This document shows, piece after piece, positions 61,977 through 64,000 of a stretch of DNA of 64,000 nucleotides; within the stretch, counting starts at the first letter, position 1; each line of letters opens with the position of its first letter. The notes below the pieces were generated by a model. It did not search any database, had not been told where the DNA came from, and saw only the letters and a program-made list of their open reading frames with translations. The stretch comes from Vulcanimicrobiota bacterium (lineage in GTDB: Bacteria; Vulcanimicrobiota; Vulcanimicrobiia; Vulcanimicrobiales; Vulcanimicrobiaceae): NCBI GenBank assembly GCA_963812155.1, contig CAWETW010000003.1, positions 864,001 through 928,000 on the forward strand, written 5' to 3'. Made by a program: the position numbers and the translations under genes.

Positions 61977-63182
61977 TTACTCGAGCTTTTCCATGACGCG
62001 CAGCGATGGAAAGAACCGCATCCAGAGCAAGGCAATGGCGACGCTGGCTATGCCGCCGAGTAGGGCGGAGGGGACGGCGCCGAGCAGCGCCGCGACGGTT
62101 CCGCTTTCGAAAGCGCCGAGTTGGTTCGATGCGTTGATGAAGAGAAAGTTGACGGCGCCGACGCGGCCGCGCATTGCATCGGGGGTACGCAGCGCAACGA
62201 GTGCCGAGCGAATGACCACGCTGATCGTGTCGGCCGCGCCCAAGACGGCCAGGGCGGCGAGCGAGATCCAAAACGAACGCGAAAGCGCGAACGCAATCGT
62301 CGCAACGCCGAAGACGATCACGGCACCGAACATGCGCGGACCGGCACGCCGGGAGATCGAACGGCGCGCCAAGACGACCGTCATGAGCAGAGCGCCGGCG
62401 GCCGGTGCGGCGCGCAAGATGCCTAATCCGAAGGAGCCGACGTGAAGGATGTCGCGCGCGTAGATGGGCAACAGTGCGGTCGCGCCGCCGAAGAGGACCG
62501 CAAAGAGATCGAGCGAGATTGCGCCCAAGATCGCGGGCTGGCTGCGAATAAACGCCACGCCGGCCCAGAGCTCGTGGACAGTACGCGATTCGCGCGAAGC
62601 TTCGATGACGCGCCTCGTTCCGGCGATCGAACCGCTGAGGATCGCCGCGATCGCCCAGAAGCCAAACATGAGCGCGAACGGCATCGTCGGCGACAAGGCG
62701 TAAAGCAGTCCGCCGGCCGCGGGTCCCGCAATCGTCGCAAACTGCAAACCGCCCGACGCGAGCGCGGCGCCGCGCTGGAGGGTATCGCGCTCCGTTACGG
62801 CGGCGAGCATGGCGGACGTGGCCGGGCTTTCGAACGCGTCCGCGACGCCGAGGACGGCGACGGCCGCAAACATTGCCGGCACGGTCAAGCGGTGTTCTAA
62901 ACTTCCCCACACCAGAAATGCCGCGACGACGCCTTGAGCGATCTGGCACGCTTGCATCACGCGCCGCCGGCTGAACCGGTCTGCGGCCGAGCCCGTGAGG
63001 AAGACGAGCAATGCCGTAGGAAGAAACTGCACCAAGCCCGCCATGCCCAAATCGAAAGCGCTGTGCGTGAGCGCGTAGATGTGCCAGCCGATCGCGACGG
63101 CCGCTACTTGATACGAAAATTCGGAGAAGAAGCGCGCGCCGAGATAGACGAGATACGGCGGGTGGCGAAGCGGACTCTTCAC
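61977..63182 (-). CDS. MFS transporter (MFS_3/EntS-like)
   Basis: GSAADRFSRRRV, AISLDLFAVLFGGATALLPIYARDIL, NQLGAFESG. Confidence 0.9.
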   Translation of the reverse strand: MKSPLRHPPYLVYLGARFFSEFSYQVAAVAIGWHIYALTHSAFDLGMAGLVQFLPTALLVFLTGSAADRFSRRRVMQACQIAQGVVAAFLVWGSLEHRLTVPAMFAAVAVLGVADAFESPATSAMLAAVTERDTLQRGAALASGGLQFATIAGPAAGGLLYALSPTMPFALMFGFWAIAAILSGSIAGTRRVIEASRESRTVHELWAGVAFIRSQPAILGAISLDLFAVLFGGATALLPIYARDILHVGSFGLGILRAAPAAGALLMTVVLARRSISRRAGPRMFGAVIVFGVATIAFALSRSFWISLAALAVLGAADTISVVIRSALVALRTPDAMRGRVGAVNFLFINASNQLGAFESGTVAALLGAVPSALLGGIASVAIALLWMRFFPSLRVMEKLE

Positions 63183-63261
63183 AGGCCACCAGGACGCTCG
63201 ACGAAGAGCTTGGAGTTGCGGGCATTGGCGGCGCCGGGTTCGGAGTTGCTATGCTGAAAGC

Positions 63262-64000
63262 GTGGCGACACTCTCGAGCAACGTAGGGAGCGTTCCTTGG
63301 CTGCGCGAGTTCCTGACGTGCGGCATCGTCGACCTAGGTTCGTCCGATCTGCGCCTGGACGGCATATTTGCTCCGGAGAACGACGCAAATGCCGAACGCG
63401 TCGGCATCACCGATCAGTTTCTCGCGAATGCCGAAAAGTACGACGAGACGTACAGCAACACCGCCCATTTCAAGCACCTGTTCGAAGAGGCTTTTCGAAG
63501 CGTCCGGTACTCGCCCGGTTCGGCGGCGACGATTCTCGACATCGGCTGCGGCTCGGGTGCGAACTCGGTCGTGCCGTGCCTGCAGTTGTTCCCCGGCTGC
63601 CGCGTCGTGGCGTCGGATCTCTCACCCGACTTGCTACGACTGCTTCGAGCATATCTACGGAGCGAGAATCTCGAGGACCGGGTCGCGTGCTTTTGCGCCG
63701 ACGCAATGAACGACTACTTTCAAGCCGAACGATTCGACGTCGTGGTCGGAGCGGCGATTCTGCACCACGTCCTGGATCCGATCCGCACGTTGACGACCGC
63801 CTCCCGCGCATTGCGTCCCGGAGGCATCGCAATATTTTTCGAACCCTTTGAAGGCATGGCGCTGGTCCGAATTGCGTTTACGCTCATCCTCGAGCGAGCG
63901 GCTCGCGAGCAGCAGCCGCTCGATCAAAAGGTCGCGGATTTCCTTAAAGCGATGATCGTCGACATCGAGGCCCGCACCGGAGCGGACAAATCGCACGAGA
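63262..64000 (+). CDS. Class I SAM-dependent methyltransferase, truncated by the window end
   Basis: Open frame from GTG 63262 to the end: ILDIGCGSG, VASDLS, FDVVVGAAILHH, LRPGGIAIFFEP; not in the ORF track because it has no stop in the window. Confidence 0.85.
   Translation, partial: MATLSSNVGSVPWLREFLTCGIVDLGSSDLRLDGIFAPENDANAERVGITDQFLANAEKYDETYSNTAHFKHLFEEAFRSVRYSPGSAATILDIGCGSGANSVVPCLQLFPGCRVVASDLSPDLLRLLRAYLRSENLEDRVACFCADAMNDYFQAERFDVVVGAAILHHVLDPIRTLTTASRALRPGGIAIFFEPFEGMALVRIAFTLILERAAREQQPLDQKVADFLKAMIVDIEARTGADKSHE

Overview
GC-rich bacterial chromosomal window with no phage, integrase, transposase or CRISPR array. Gene content (orphan peptide-ABC binding proteins, phosphoesterases, GloVer and NHL repeat lipoproteins, outer-membrane barrels) suggests a diderm soil bacterium such as Vulcanimicrobiota/Eremiobacterota; this is inference only. 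Housekeeping blocks: der-plsY-efp; miaB-mutS-mutL-miaA-hfq-dapF; fumC; uvrC; tRNA-Pro(CGG); tmRNA (tag ANNEYALAA). There is also a large K+ homeostasis locus: small peptide-kdpFABC, a tandem-duplicated soluble KdpD sensor, a divergent TM-GAF-histidine kinase with a NarL-type regulator, and two TrkA-like proteins. Many conserved or essential genes carry single-base indels, most likely long-read assembly errors, so several coordinates are approximate. Most notable observations: (1) an exported VanX/DdpX homologue with all five catalytic or Zn-binding residues replaced, coupled to two intact M55 D-aminopeptidases; (2) a split and duplicated KdpD system apparently wired to a NarL regulator, with a palindrome upstream of kdp; (3) an unannotated ~210-nt rod-like RNA (6S-like) at 41317-41527; (4) a tmRNA with a non-canonical T-arm; (5) a structured 5' leader at 150-300; (6) REP-like repeat remnants.
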